Of a stretch of 33,998 nt of DNA, positions 10,666 to 22,586 are shown one piece after another. The notes beneath the pieces were generated by a model. It was not told the DNA's origin. It worked only from the letters and a program-made list of their open reading frames with translations, and searched no databases. A program made the translations under genes and the position numbers. Position 1 is the stretch's first letter, and each line of letters opens with the position of its first letter. Source of the stretch: Moniliella sp. 'wahieum' (Eukaryota); NCBI GenBank assembly GCA_003971905.1, contig RSEE01000159.1, forward strand, positions 62,001 through 95,998. Reading direction: 5' to 3'.

Positions 10666-12630
10666 GGCAGGCGTGCGGGCCTGGGCAGAGCAACAGGCCT
10701 TGTGCGACGCGTCATGGCCTATCGACGCGACAAAGAAGGTCAGCGGCTGGCGCGATGCCGAGGGCGGTCATACGCACAATATGGTCAAGGAGGTGCACGG
10801 CGGGAGGAAAGGTGGGGTAAGGAGCGTGGGCACCTGTCACTTCCGACACAGCGGGGGGGGGGGGGGCGGAGATGGGGAGGCAGGTGGGCAGGGAGGGAGA
10901 CGGGGTGGCGCCGAGGCCAGAGAGGTGGTGGAGGCTGGGAAGAGATGAGCAGACGGCGGGAAACAGAATCACGGCATCCAGCCCTTTTCTCGTTGCAGTC
11001 AATAACTCGATACACGGAGTACTCAGGGTAATTCAGTACTCAGGGTCCGTGTCCCTTCTGGTGCCTGTGTGCCAGCCGAGGTGCGGTGCTGGGGCGGTAC
11101 CAGCAGTCTATGCGTGGAGGGCATGCGCAGGCGCGGGGGCAGTGTCGGACCACTTACAGTGCATGTGATTGGCATGCGAACGTCCTGACGGTGCAGAGGA
11201 AGAGTGGCCGGGTGGGGAAGCGCTCTGGAGACTGCCCCCCTGCGTGCACGCTGCCTGCCGGAGAAGGCAGGTGGAGCGCAAGACCAACACTGCGCACGGG
11301 CGGGGCACGCACACGCAGGGCCGCATAATGGGGGTGCCTGCCAGAAACGGCAGGGCACGCAGCAGGCAGTGCGCCCCAGTGGCTCAGCGCTCACGCGCTC
11401 ACATGTCCTCTCAGATCTCAGACCCCAGAGTCCAGACTGGGCCCCGGAGTGCAGATCTCTCGCTGGCCATTGGACGCCCCGTGCCTGCCCGCCAAGGGAA
11501 GCTCGAAGCAGAGGTGCGGGCCGGGACGGGGGCAGTGTAAAAAACTTCCATCGAATATCTACCAACCCCACATGCGTCAGTTGCATCAGTACCAGTGCAG
11601 TCCTCCGTCTGAGTACTCAGGACCAGTCGTGATTAACGTGGTGGCTCTATTCAGAGTATTCACTACGCAATGGAGAAGTAGGCCTAGCTAGGCCTTTTTT
11701 AGGGCCTTGGGGCGGGAGGCATTCGCTGCTAGTGACTTGCGACGGACACCCCTTCTTAGATCTTACATGTTACAAACCCACCATTCTCACACCCGTGCCA
11801 CCCGCGCATGGCCCAGACGCGCGGGGCGCCTACTAGTGACTCGCCTGTAAGAGATCCGTGGCATTTCGGTGAGGCACAGCAATCGTTTGTGGCAATCTGT
11901 ACTTCACATGCCTGTCATGTGATCACCGCCGCGCATTGTAGTAGTGACCTGCCGGTTGTGGAAGGCATGTCAGCGCCAGCCCGCCTTTTTGTTCGTTGCC
12001 TTAGATGGCTCTCGCCTTACTGGGAAACCACCTTTTAAGCGCACGAGCCGAAGCCCGACGGCACCGAACCTGTTTGTGGCGCAACCACGTATGCACAGCG
12101 CACCTCTTCTATCGTCATCCGCCGCACCCCCTTCACTATACTACCACAACAGTAATACCCCCTCTCTGCATCCGCCCTGCCGAGAATGTGCGGCCAGCTC
12201 GAAAGACATTAATAAACAATACCGAGATGAGAATGATACACGATGTTACGGGCTGTATTGCATCCGAGATGGTCTGATCCAAGCTAAGGCTCGCCTGATC
12301 TGCATATACCCACTGGAGCGCGCTCCGAAGTCCAACCATGTTTGATGATGATTGGTTAAATCACAGGTGCGGTGGTCCCAGGGGCTATATTTGCATCTGC
12401 CGCGTGACAAAAATTAGTCGCCCCCACCCAAGTCCAAGTCGGATGGCCTAAATAACGCCACCAAGTTTCCATTCTCTTTTCGTCGACTGTCGCCTCTTCG
12501 TCACCACTTACTTTTCCTTTCTCGGTTGCGCCAGCGGCAACCAACCCCTCTTTTGACGCGTCTTCCTTTCTACACCCCTATTGTATCCGTCTCCCCTTCT
12601 GATCTATAACCTGTACCCCTCTGGTTGGTG

Positions 12631-12997
12631 ATGGGGATCATTTTCTCCACCTTCCATTCTCGTCCACTCTCGCCCCTTTTCGGCCCTTCCCGCCTTTCCT
12701 ATCCAAATCCTGCCTGTTTTCCAGCCAATTTTCAGTACAGGCTGCCTCCTCTCCACCTATTCCCACCTCCTCTTCCGACCTCGTTCTCCAGCTCTCCATC
12801 CGTCCAGTCGCGTGAGCCTTTCTTCAGCCGCGTCAGTCGATTCCTCGTACCAGCTTGTCACTCGGGTTCCTTTCCAGCCACGTCGACAACCGTCCCTGTC
12901 CAGTCTCAGCTCTGGAAGTCTTTGTTCTTCACTGCCTCTACCCGTCCCTAAGCTCCGGAGGCTTCGACACGTTACCACGGCCCAAGCCGGTGCATAG
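12631..12997 (+). CDS. Candidate small Ser/Pro-rich protein with a possible N-myristoylation start (MGIIFS); frame broken
   Basis: ATG at 12631 follows a pyrimidine-rich leader like those upstream of the other genes. A downstream frame reads RPRSPALHPSSRVSLSSAASVDSSYQ..RRQPSLSSLSS. I recognise no homolog. Confidence 0.25.
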
Positions 12998-14542
12998 TAC
13001 TACGCAGCCTTTTGTCACACGTGCAGCCGCCTCTATCCTGCCTTTAATTGATCACGCCCAAAGGCCTCTCCTTTCCCCTAGCTCCGCTCCGATCCACCAC
13101 CTAGCCCAAACTCGAAACTCCCATGAGTCAACCTACCGGAGCCGCCTGACGGGGCCCGCCCCGAGACACACGGCCCTCTGTGCGCTCTTGGATAATCGAC
13201 TGTCATTAAAAATGTCATGATTTCTGTGTTCCCGCCGCTGATGTTTTCCTTTATGTTTTGCCAGTCTGCTTTCCTTTGCCACACTTCTCACAAGGAAAAC
13301 AAACGCAACAGAGGTAGAAAGAGGAACAAGGGAACAGGAGGACGGGTGCGGCACAGGCGCAATGGAGAAAAGATTAAGGTAAACGGACATATGGGGCGAC
13401 TATATTGTCGCACGCGGATAATATGTAGGTTGAACTGGGAGACCTTTTTTGATGTGGCAGTTGTCGAAGAGGACCTGTCGAGTGGGCTGCACATTTCAAT
13501 TAGGGTCATTGGTTGCCACTCCCGATTTCCAGCGGGGCCGCCCGCGGCGGGGCCGTGCGTACGCTGGGAGCTCGAAGCGCAGCAGTGCTATACGAAGCAG
13601 GCGTGTTTTGTGGTCGGACTGCGGGTCATCGATCATCAACCATCTCCCATCTGGATCACCTCGCAACACCTCACCTTACCGACCGCGATGGTTTGGCAGG
13701 CCTTCTTATGTTCGGCGCGGTGCGTGTCCGCTATACATACAGGAGACCGCATCTCCTGGGCAAAAAAGTATATTATACAAGCGAAGTGGCACTGATGGGC
13801 CCCAGAGGTGTGTGATAGGGGGACCCTACCGTCTCGCTTATATTTCGTGCATCGCGTACTCGGTTTTGTTAACCGGCTTGGCCCCTATTATACTAGTCTC
13901 TGCCATTTTACACGCTGCTTAAAAAGGTACCAGGTGCTATTAGGAGACAAGCGTGCGTCCGCAGCCGGCTCGGCTGATGGGAGAGCTCTTATAGTATAGG
14001 GCCCCGTCCAATCGATAAGGGGTTGAGCCGTACTTCACATGCTTCACAGTGGAGGCGCAGCGCCACACTTTTGTGATCCGTCATGCACGCCATGCGTCAA
14101 GCGTCCCCCCCGCAATCGTCCTGTAAGTATGCGTACGTCGGAGGAAGGCCGTACATCCTGCTCTGCAATGAGAGATGTAGGATCCTCCCCAACCTGAGTT
14201 TCGTTAGCCAGCGCACGTGCAGAGTCGCAGCAGCGATGGCGGAGCACAGGGTTCATGAATACTCTCTGTTGGCGTCTCCAGTGCTGCGCTGCATAGTATT
14301 CCCGGCACCTCCCCCACAAAAACGCAGTTTGTGGGTTGACTACGCCGTTGACTCCCGCAGCATGTTTCCAGCTTCAGCCTTTTTAAGCCCTTGTGCCCCA
14401 CCCTCTCCTTTCATCCACCCATACCACCAAATCTCTTTCTTCAGCGCCCCACCAGCACCGCCCCCGTTTCCTCTCTCCATATTCCTTCCCTTTGTAATCC
14501 CCACATCCTTACTTGACCTGTTACACAGCAAAGCAAAGCCCC

Positions 14543-16234
14543 ATGGTCAATCGCCGCTCCTTTATCCTGGCTCTCAGCTCTCTGGCCACAGTGGCCTCTG
14601 ATGCATTCGCTTCCCGTCCTTTGGCCTTGTCCAACCGCGCTGTCCTGCAACGCTCTTCCGCTGCCACGGCAAATGCCACGCCCCATCTTACCTACCACAC
14701 CTGGAAGCAGTACGATACGGCCCAGTACCCGTGGCACACCAACTTGACCCTCCTCTGGGCGACTCAGTGGGAGACCTTTGTACGTCTTCGTCTATTCCCC
14801 CCCTCATATTTGTCTTCTATTCCAGAATGACAGATAGTAGTGATTGTGTTGTTGCTAACATTCAGAACGCCTTTTCTGTTGTTGCTCTCGTTTTCTTTGG
14901 GGGTGTGCATGGCTCCTTACTGCACTTCTGTGTGCACAGTCGCAACATGGCATTTACCCGTTCGACTCGTGGTCCAATGGGACCGACTTTAGCACGATCT
15001 TCTCCACCCTTCTCGCCAAGCACGGATCGGTATCGGCCAATGGCTTTGATCAGGACACGTGGGCCCAGCCGTTCCTGGATCAGGGCAAGAAGGTCCTCTC
15101 CCTTGCAAAGAGCTATGTTCAAGGTGGCAACCTTACTGCCGCCTACGCAGCTTACTTGTACGTTCCTCCCTGTACCATTATACTTTTGGTCGTCTGTACA
15201 GATTTTCATCCATGGCGATATGCTGACATGATTTTGTCGGGCTGGTATGTAGCCGTGCGGCCACCGTCTTCCGCATTGGGTACTTCCCTTGGGTCGGGCC
15301 CAACTCGGAGTCCAAAAAAGAAAGAATCCTTTCAGTTGGAGAAGGAAGCGTACGAGTTGGGCATCAAGTACTACACTCCAGCAATTGCGTTTGAAAAAGT
15401 AATATTCCCTTCCCCACCGCACCAGAGGGTGCGTTCAACAAGACCATCCAAGGATACCTGCATGCGAACCGGCCCTGGTCCGCCTCAACCAAGGTCCGGC
15501 GTACCGCCCCGGTGGCCCCGTCCAAGCAAAAGTTCGTCCTCCTCGTTGGTGGCTTGGACCACTACCGCCTGGGCCAATGGGACAATGTGCAAGACTTGCT
15601 TGGCGCCAACTTTACCACGTTGGTGGTGGATATGCCTGGAACCGGGGACGCGGCCATCTCAGGCCGCAACACAACTTGGGACGCAGCGATGTGGAAGACG
15701 GTGCTGGACTGGGTGGAGGCCAATGCGGAGAAGTATGCAATCGACACCAACTTTCTCTACGCTTGGGGTACTTCGACCGGTTCGTATTATGCAATCAAAC
15801 TTTCTCGTTCCGAACATGCTCGGCTGCAGGGTGTTCTGAGCCAAGGCCAGGCTGCTCACTTCGCCTTTGAGCCCGACTGGCTTGCCAGTGCCGATTACCT
15901 TGCGTACCCGACAGACCTGTGGGGCCCATTGGCCAGCGCATTTGGGTACAGTTACCAGACCAAGGAGGATTTTGCCAAGGTGTCGCTCAAATACTCATTG
16001 CTTAACCTCGGGGTCCTGGACAGTGCACCTTGCCTCACCACGGTTATTAATGGTTTGGACGATGGCGTGTTCCCCATTGACGATGCCCTACTCGTCACCA
16101 CTCATGCCACGGGCTCCTTTGCTCGCCTCTTCCCAGGCCAGGGACACATGGGCGAGCCAGCTTCCACGCCTTGGGTTACCGAATTTTGGAAGGACGTCCA
16201 GAGCAACGGCTTCATTTTCCCAGTGCACGTTTGA
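14543..16234 (+). CDS. Ayg1-like (heptaketide hydrolase family) alpha/beta hydrolase with a predicted signal peptide; 2 introns
   Basis: Colinear with Ayg1 motifs as I recall them: HxxxxxLWATQW..GIYPF, YFRAATVFRIGYFP, VLLVGGLD, DMPGTGD, nucleophile elbow WGTSTGSYYA, NGLDDGVFPIDD, FPGQGHMG. Introns 14780-14939 and 15158-15252. Indels at ~15318 (A-run) and ~15402. Confidence 0.8.
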
Positions 16235-17202
16235 TTGATTCGTTTCTCTTGAGGCCACATGGATGCGGGGTGGCTCGTTGGGGGGGGCATCAGTTGCGTA
16301 CCCCTCTTTTTTCTTTCGAAGCCGCTGCCCCACATTCCTCTCATTTAAGGTCGAGAGTTCTCCACAACATCTCTCTCACTATTACAAGAAACAACTCTCT
16401 CCCTCCTCTCTCGACAACTCTTTTATGGTGTCCACACGCATATCATATGTCGGTCTTCTTTTTCTTACCCACCCGCTCTTACTGTATGACTTCTCGCTTT
16501 CTACCTCCCGCTACTTTCGGCGCGTATATATATGCACCGTGCCCATATATAACCGGGAAACACAAGTGATGCGGGGGAGATACTTAGTTGGGGGCTGCCT
16601 CAGGCGGAGAGCGGCGTGCCGCTTGAAAAGATCTTGCTTAGTTGATGTTTGCGGCGTGGGAGAACCGGGAGAAGCGTACATCTCTATTCACATGCAATTC
16701 ACACACTGTCCATATCCATATGTGTGGGGGCGTCTCTTGCGGCGAGAGAGCTGCGCCGGGAGGGGGTGATTATGAGGTGCCGGCGCCTGCTTATACTTGC
16801 GGATGGCGGATTCGGAGCCGACCGGGTGCGGCACTGGTGCGGCACAACTAAGACCGGCGATTGTCCGGCCCGATCTGCGGCTATCGCAGCCGGTTGGGGC
16901 CTGCTGGGGCGCCAGTTGGGTGTTGGGTTGGGAGGATGGGTGATACATGATTTGATTGTGCGACCACAATTCCTCGGCCAACGCTATTCGTCACGATGGG
17001 GCTGCCAGGCCGATCGACTGATCTTGCCCCTTTTGCGTCTTCCGTGCTGCCTCGGCCTCGGCGGTAGAACGAGCAACAAGGCCATCTGCGTGCGCTTTCT
17101 CTCCACCGCTCTGCCACCGCTCTGCCTCCTTCGGGTCCCTTCCGCCCCCCTCCCCAGCCCCCAGCCCTGTGCGACGGACCGAACGTTGAGCTCCCCTTAA
17201 CC

Positions 17203-19067
17203 ATGCGTGGGCCTGGCCACCACGAGCGTCCACACAAGGACCAGCGTGCGTTTGGCGCCGCCGCCGCTGCTGGGCTCGTTGCCCTGTCTCACACCCCCCA
17301 CGCACCTTCGTCAACCCCCCCCACTGCACGCGGAGGGCAAGTGTGGCCATCCTCCTCCGTTTCCGCCCCCACCCCGACGATCTGCCTCATCTAACCGGCG
17401 CAACCCAGTCCTACTCGTCCCTTTATCCGCATGGTGTGCCTCTCGTCTCGGCTGAAACGGCGCGGCTGCAGAGTGTGCTTTCGGGTGGTCTGCCGCCCGT
17501 CGCCGAGGAGCCCGCCATGGACACTGGCAGTTCGGACGACGACGATGGCAGCGACACCAACTCCAACAAGGAACAAGGTCCTCGCTCTACCTCCCCCACA
17601 TCGGCCACCCAACCGATCGGCCTGCCGGCCTTCTTGGCCAGGACTGGTCCAACGTTCGGAACCTGAGTCTTCTACATCCAGCGCGCCACTCGTCCTGGCG
17701 ATCGATGGTCCTCCCACGTCGCCTTCCCCGGGGGCAAACGGGAAGAAGCAGACCCGTCGGACCTGTTTGCTGCGATGCGCGAGACATGGGAAGAAGTTGG
17801 TGTCGACTTGTCAGAGGAGGATTTCACTTTAGCCGGCCGTTTGGATGACGGGAGATTTCCGGAGCGTTTGGGAGTCGGTTGTTGATGATTCTGTCTTCGT
17901 TTAGTACGTTCCTTCTCTCCCCGTTTCGTTTTCCACTACGTTGTTGAGGTGCACATTGGCTAAATCAAGGTGCGTAGTTTTTGTCCAAACCACCCCTTTT
18001 GCTCCTGAGCCCCAGCTCCAGCCCGAAGAAGTCGCTTCGGCCCATTGGATCCCACTTCGTCTGCTGGCCGACCAAGCCGCCATCCTTACCAAGGCGAGCG
18101 TGAATGGGGGTGCTGCGCCGGTCCCCGTGCCTGCCACTATTGTCCCGCCCGCCTCGCGCATTTCTTTCCTTCGGCTTCGGCCCCGCTCCCACCGACCAAG
18201 CAAGAGGCATGGGAGGAACACCCGTACCGCCTCAGCATCGACATTGCTGACCGACTAGTTCAGTGGCCGGCGGTGCAACCGATTGCAAGGTGGTTGTTCG
18301 GTCGCGATCGATGCACTTTTACTATACCCCCCCCCAATCGGCCGATTGTAACCAGCGAGCCAGGCTCCGGGGCAACGCTTTTCTTCTCATACCAACTCGA
18401 ACGATCCGCAATCCCGCTCGCGTCTCTCTCGTGGCCATCACCCCCATGCCATGCCACCGTTGCAGCTGTGGGGCATCACGCTCGGTATGACTCTCGATTT
18501 GCTCGACCGGCTGTTCCCCGCTCGTTCGGGCGCCCGCCTGTCCGTACCCGCGCCTGTCCATCCGCTTGACCGGCAGGTCGAACGCGAGGAAGAGGCTGCG
18601 ACCCGGGAGCTGGCCGAATCCAAGGTCGGGCAGGAAAGAGCCATACTGGATTGAGACGCTTACCACCTCTGCTACCGCTATGTCCCACTGAATTCAACGG
18701 GTGGAGGAGTTTGGGTCCCTTGGGTTGGATCTCCTCTTTGGTTCACCACGTGCGTCTCCGGCTCCTGGCCCGCCTCGCCGTGCCCACTCCGGCATTCAAC
18801 ACGACCGCGATGCATACCATTGTGCCTTCCTTTCCCGCGCTCGACATTAACCTGTACATCTACCTTGCCAGTGGCCGTTACCGTCGCATCCTGCTCGCGC
18901 AACAACGCAGCGCCCCTACCGACCCGCGCAACTGGGTCGCCATCTCGGTGCATGCGTATTACCTGGCGCTGCGCCGGGCGCTGGTGATGGCGCTGATGAT
19001 GCGCTCGGCGGCTATGGTGATGCTGCTGGTATGGGCAGGGAGGAGGGTACGCAGGCTGCTGCGCTAA
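17203..19067 (+). CDS. Nudix hydrolase (CoA-pyrophosphatase-like) with a C-terminal transmembrane helix; start uncertain
   Basis: RASVAILLRF, FYIQRATRPGDRWSSHVAFPGG and the Nudix box GGKREEADPSDLFAAMRETWEEVG. Intron 17904-17977 gives SSFIFVQT. Then LQPEEVASAHWIPL, LWGITLGMTLDL and a hydrophobic C-terminus RALVMALMMRSAAMVMLLVWAG. Confidence 0.82.
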
Positions 19068-19391
19068 ATCAATCAATCCATCATGATCGCAACGGGAACA
19101 AAGGGGCCAGAGAAAAGGGGCAGATAGGCGAGTGCAGGGCACGCACGTGCACGCCAGGAACGGGGAGGTGAGAAAGGCAGTCCACAGGCCCGTGAGAGGG
19201 GTAAACGCTGAGGGTGGCAACATGGGGGCCAGGCGACAGAACAAAACACGTAGTCCAAATCATCCAGAGGTCCGGCTTTCGTTCGGAACCGGGGAGGGAT
19301 GGGGAGGGGGGGGGGGGCAAATGAACCAAGCGTTGACTGGAAGAGCGAAGAGGACAAGGAAAAAGCAGAGGGCCAAGGGAGATGGACCGAT

Positions 19392-22300
19392 TCATGTCGC
19401 CGTCGGGCTGCTAACCAACGAATGCGATAAGGACAAGCCCATGCCTCTGCGCTCGGCAACCGAAGGCGAGGGCGCCAGGTCCGCTTGGGGCGCGCTCGTG
19501 GGGACAGGTAAGCGCTGCGGATGCGGTTCCTCGCGTTCCTTGGGGGAAGGCTGGTGACGTTGCTTGGCCAAAGCGGTACCGCGGACAGACATGCGGGCGA
19601 TGGCTTTGGTCATTCCTCGGTGGTGGTGCTTCGGGCAAGGGAAGCGGGATCTTCTTGCTCCCCTCGGGTTGAGCCTGCTCGGGCTGCTCTAGGTCGGTTT
19701 GCTCGGTAGGCACCGAGGCGGGGACACCTCGGTGGCCAGCTGGGAACGCGCCGGGCGTAGCGGGTTGGACAGGGATAACCTCCGTTCTCGCTCGCCCGTC
19801 AGCGGCGGAGCCGGCACGGGCGGGAATCCGTACCCCCTCCTCTCGACCATCGGACTGACCGCAGGCGAGTTGGTCGACGCACGACGCTGCCCAAACGCAT
19901 ACTTGATCTGCCGTGCCTCTCCGTCTTCTTCTTCCCGACACGGCACACTCATCTCCGTCGCCAGTATGGGCTGGGCCAGAGGAACCCCCTGGATGCTCTG
20001 TCTCAGCCTCCGCATTCGATGGAGAGGGGACAACGGGGAAGGGGTACCCCTCCGACGAATGAGAGGGGGCAGGTGGTGCGGCGCATCGGGCTGCGCCGAC
20101 AGTGGGGCCGCCTGGGCAGGGCCGGGAGTAGGGTGGGTGGGCACCACAGCAGGTGGCGGTGCCATTGGCACCATCTGCATCCCCAGTGCGGCGTGGGCGG
20201 GGCAGGCCAATGCGGCGTAGCCGGGTCCATGGGCGTAGGAATGCCCATGTAGAACGGCATGTGGGCCGAGGGGGTGCCTGGGTGCATAGGAAAAGTGCAC
20301 GGGCGCCCCAGGGCTTGGTTGATGTACGGGTTAACGTCTGCGCGCCCGGTGTCAATGGAAGACCTGGCACAAGACGGGTGACCGAAGGGCTAAATGTGTT
20401 TGCCAGGGGAAAGGAGATGAGGGGCAAATGAGCATGAGGCGTTCCGGGATCGAGTCCATGGGCCACCCCACCCCAGGTGTGACCACACCCGGCGTCACAG
20501 GCACATTCACCCGCCCCAGCGGTTGGGCGTACCCCTGCACATACCGGAATGGTGCAGAGGGAAGATCGATCCGTCCTGGCCGTCCATTGGGGCGAGGTTG
20601 ACCTCCATTCGGCGGCGCAGCACGCGATGCGGCGTGTAGCGGCCGTCGGCGGCGCAGGCAAGGATGCTTCTCCCACGCCACGGGGTTGTTGAGACGGGGC
20701 TTCAGCTTGGGAGGGCCTCGACACGCCTGACGTTGCCGATGTATGTGAGAAGGATGACAAGCCTGATGCGGCCGACACGGTCGATAAGGAGCGATGATTG
20801 CGTGTGGGCGGGTCCGAGGGATGCATCACGCTGCGGCTGACACGACGGCTGGGGAAGCATGCGAGGAGCCTGTTGAGGAGGTGCCATGGGCACTCCCAGG
20901 CCGCATGTGTGGCGAAGCGGAGTCGGTGGATTGGTCCGAGGGCCAGGCGCGGAGCGGAGGCGCCGCTAACTGATGTCCATATTCGGAACGGCCCATATAA
21001 GATTGGTGTCCTCTAGCCCCTTGCGCTTGAGATGGGGGGGCTGTGGAGGGGACAGAGAGCTGCTGTTGATGCTGCTGTTGCTGGGAGCAGAGCGCTTCGC
21101 TGCATCGCTTGCTGGACGTACGGCGAGGGCTGCTGTGGGCGCATCAACACATACGGAGACGCAGTCAACGGTGCCCCTCCCGCCAGTGCCGTCCCACCAG
21201 TCATGCCAGAGGTCCCCGCACCGGCAATGGCAGACCGGGAATCCCCCCCGCCAAACTAAAGTTGGTCCCGACCAGACCCGGGAGGTCCAAGGCAGAAGCT
21301 GCTGCGCCGCGGTGGGGGCGCAACAGCACCTTGCGACATGCTTGCGCTGAACGCGCCGTGTACTGGGCGGGGGCGACGGGGATCGATCCTGGGCTGGGGC
21401 TGCATTAACCGCAAAGCGATCGAAATGGACCTTCAGCGTACGCCCACTAAATTCGTAGCTAAAGAGAAGGGTTAGCATGACATCACCAGCAAAGGAGATG
21501 GTGAGGATGAGGGGGGGGGAGGACATACCCATGGTACAAGCGAACAGCATGCTGAGCATCCTCGGGGGTAGCAAAGAGGACCGTACCAAAACCTTTGGAC
21601 CGGCCTTCGGACCGACGGCCACATCGGCACGCTGGACACGGCCCGCGGCACGAAACAAGTCCTTGAGGTCTTGCCATTGAGTGTTGAAAGGGATGTTGCC
21701 GACAAAGAGGGTACGGCCATAGTACGGCGTAGGCGCCGCGGCCGCCTGAGCAGCCGCCTGGGCTGGCAAAGGCAGCAGCATTGGACACGGCCATACTATT
21801 CATAGAAGCAAGATTCACGTTCACATCTCCTGACGGGAAGCCGAGCGACCGGTCCCACCGCTCTGTTCCCAAGGGGAAGCGCAAAATTGTGTCGGGAGCA
21901 GCAGGGGCCGGCAGCGGGCCCGGGTTGAGCAATTGGCCAGACCGGTCGATTTGTACGTCGAGAACACGGCCTTGCCAGCTGAAGCCATGGAACATCTCGA
22001 CAGCATGCAGTGCATCGGTCTCGGTCGCCAAAAGGACCGAGCCATAGCCCTTGGAACGATTGTCGGGTGTCAGGGCAACGTCGGCGCGGAGCACGGTGCC
22101 CGAGCGGCGGAAGAGATCCTTGAGGTCTTGCCAGCGAACACGGTACGGCAGGTTACGCACGTACAGCTGGGTACGTGGGTCGAAGCGGCTCAGCGGGCCA
22201 GCCTGGGCGGGGGAGCCCTGGGTGGCAGGGGGCCACGGGGAGGGATGGGGGCAGGGCTGCGGCTGCGGCTGCGGCTGTTGCTGGGAGACGGCGGACAAGT

Positions 22301-22586
22301 AGCGATGCGCAGGGCTTCCGGCGCTCAGACTGGGGCTGGCACTCAGGTTCAAGCTCAGGCCGGGGCTGGGGCTGGGATGGTAGGGGGCGGGAGCGGGCGG
22401 ACGGAGCGCATGGCGGCCAAGGCGGACGAGGGCTCGAGGCGCCAGAGCCGGCGGATCCGCTCGAGGCGGAGATGGCGCGGTCCATGAGCAGCGCTTGGCG
22501 GCGGCGGCCGCGGCTGCTGCGTCGTCCAGGCCGGCGCGGGTGCTGGGCACGGGGGAGCGTGCGTGGGCAGGAGCGTCGGGCAGCAT
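19392..22586 (-). CDS. RNA-binding protein with two Gbp2/Hrb1/MYEF2-like RRMs and long low-complexity Pro/Gln regions; boundaries approximate
   Basis: RRM1 QLYVRNLPYRVRWQDLKDLFR..RSKGYGSV..FHGFSWQGRVLDV. RRM2 TLFVGNIPFNTQWQDLKDLFR..RSKGFGTV..YHGYEFSGRTLKVHFD across intron 21459-21528. Multiple indels. Confidence 0.85.

Noticed and set aside
14543..14611. Bacterial twin-arginine (Tat) signal N-R-R-S-F-I suggesting recent bacterial HGT
   Set aside because: The gene has spliceosomal introns and fungal Ayg1 motifs. A basic n-region followed by a hydrophobic core is also normal for ER signal peptides.
14780..14939. TPP riboswitch or classical stwintron explaining the two acceptors
   Set aside because: No TPP aptamer core (CTGAGA, GATAA motifs) is visible, and excising 14780-14865 does not recreate a GT donor.
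19290..19318. G-run tract or potential G-quadruplex between the convergent Nudix and RRM genes
   Set aside because: G/C homopolymer tracts are common throughout this window and their lengths are unreliable in this assembly.
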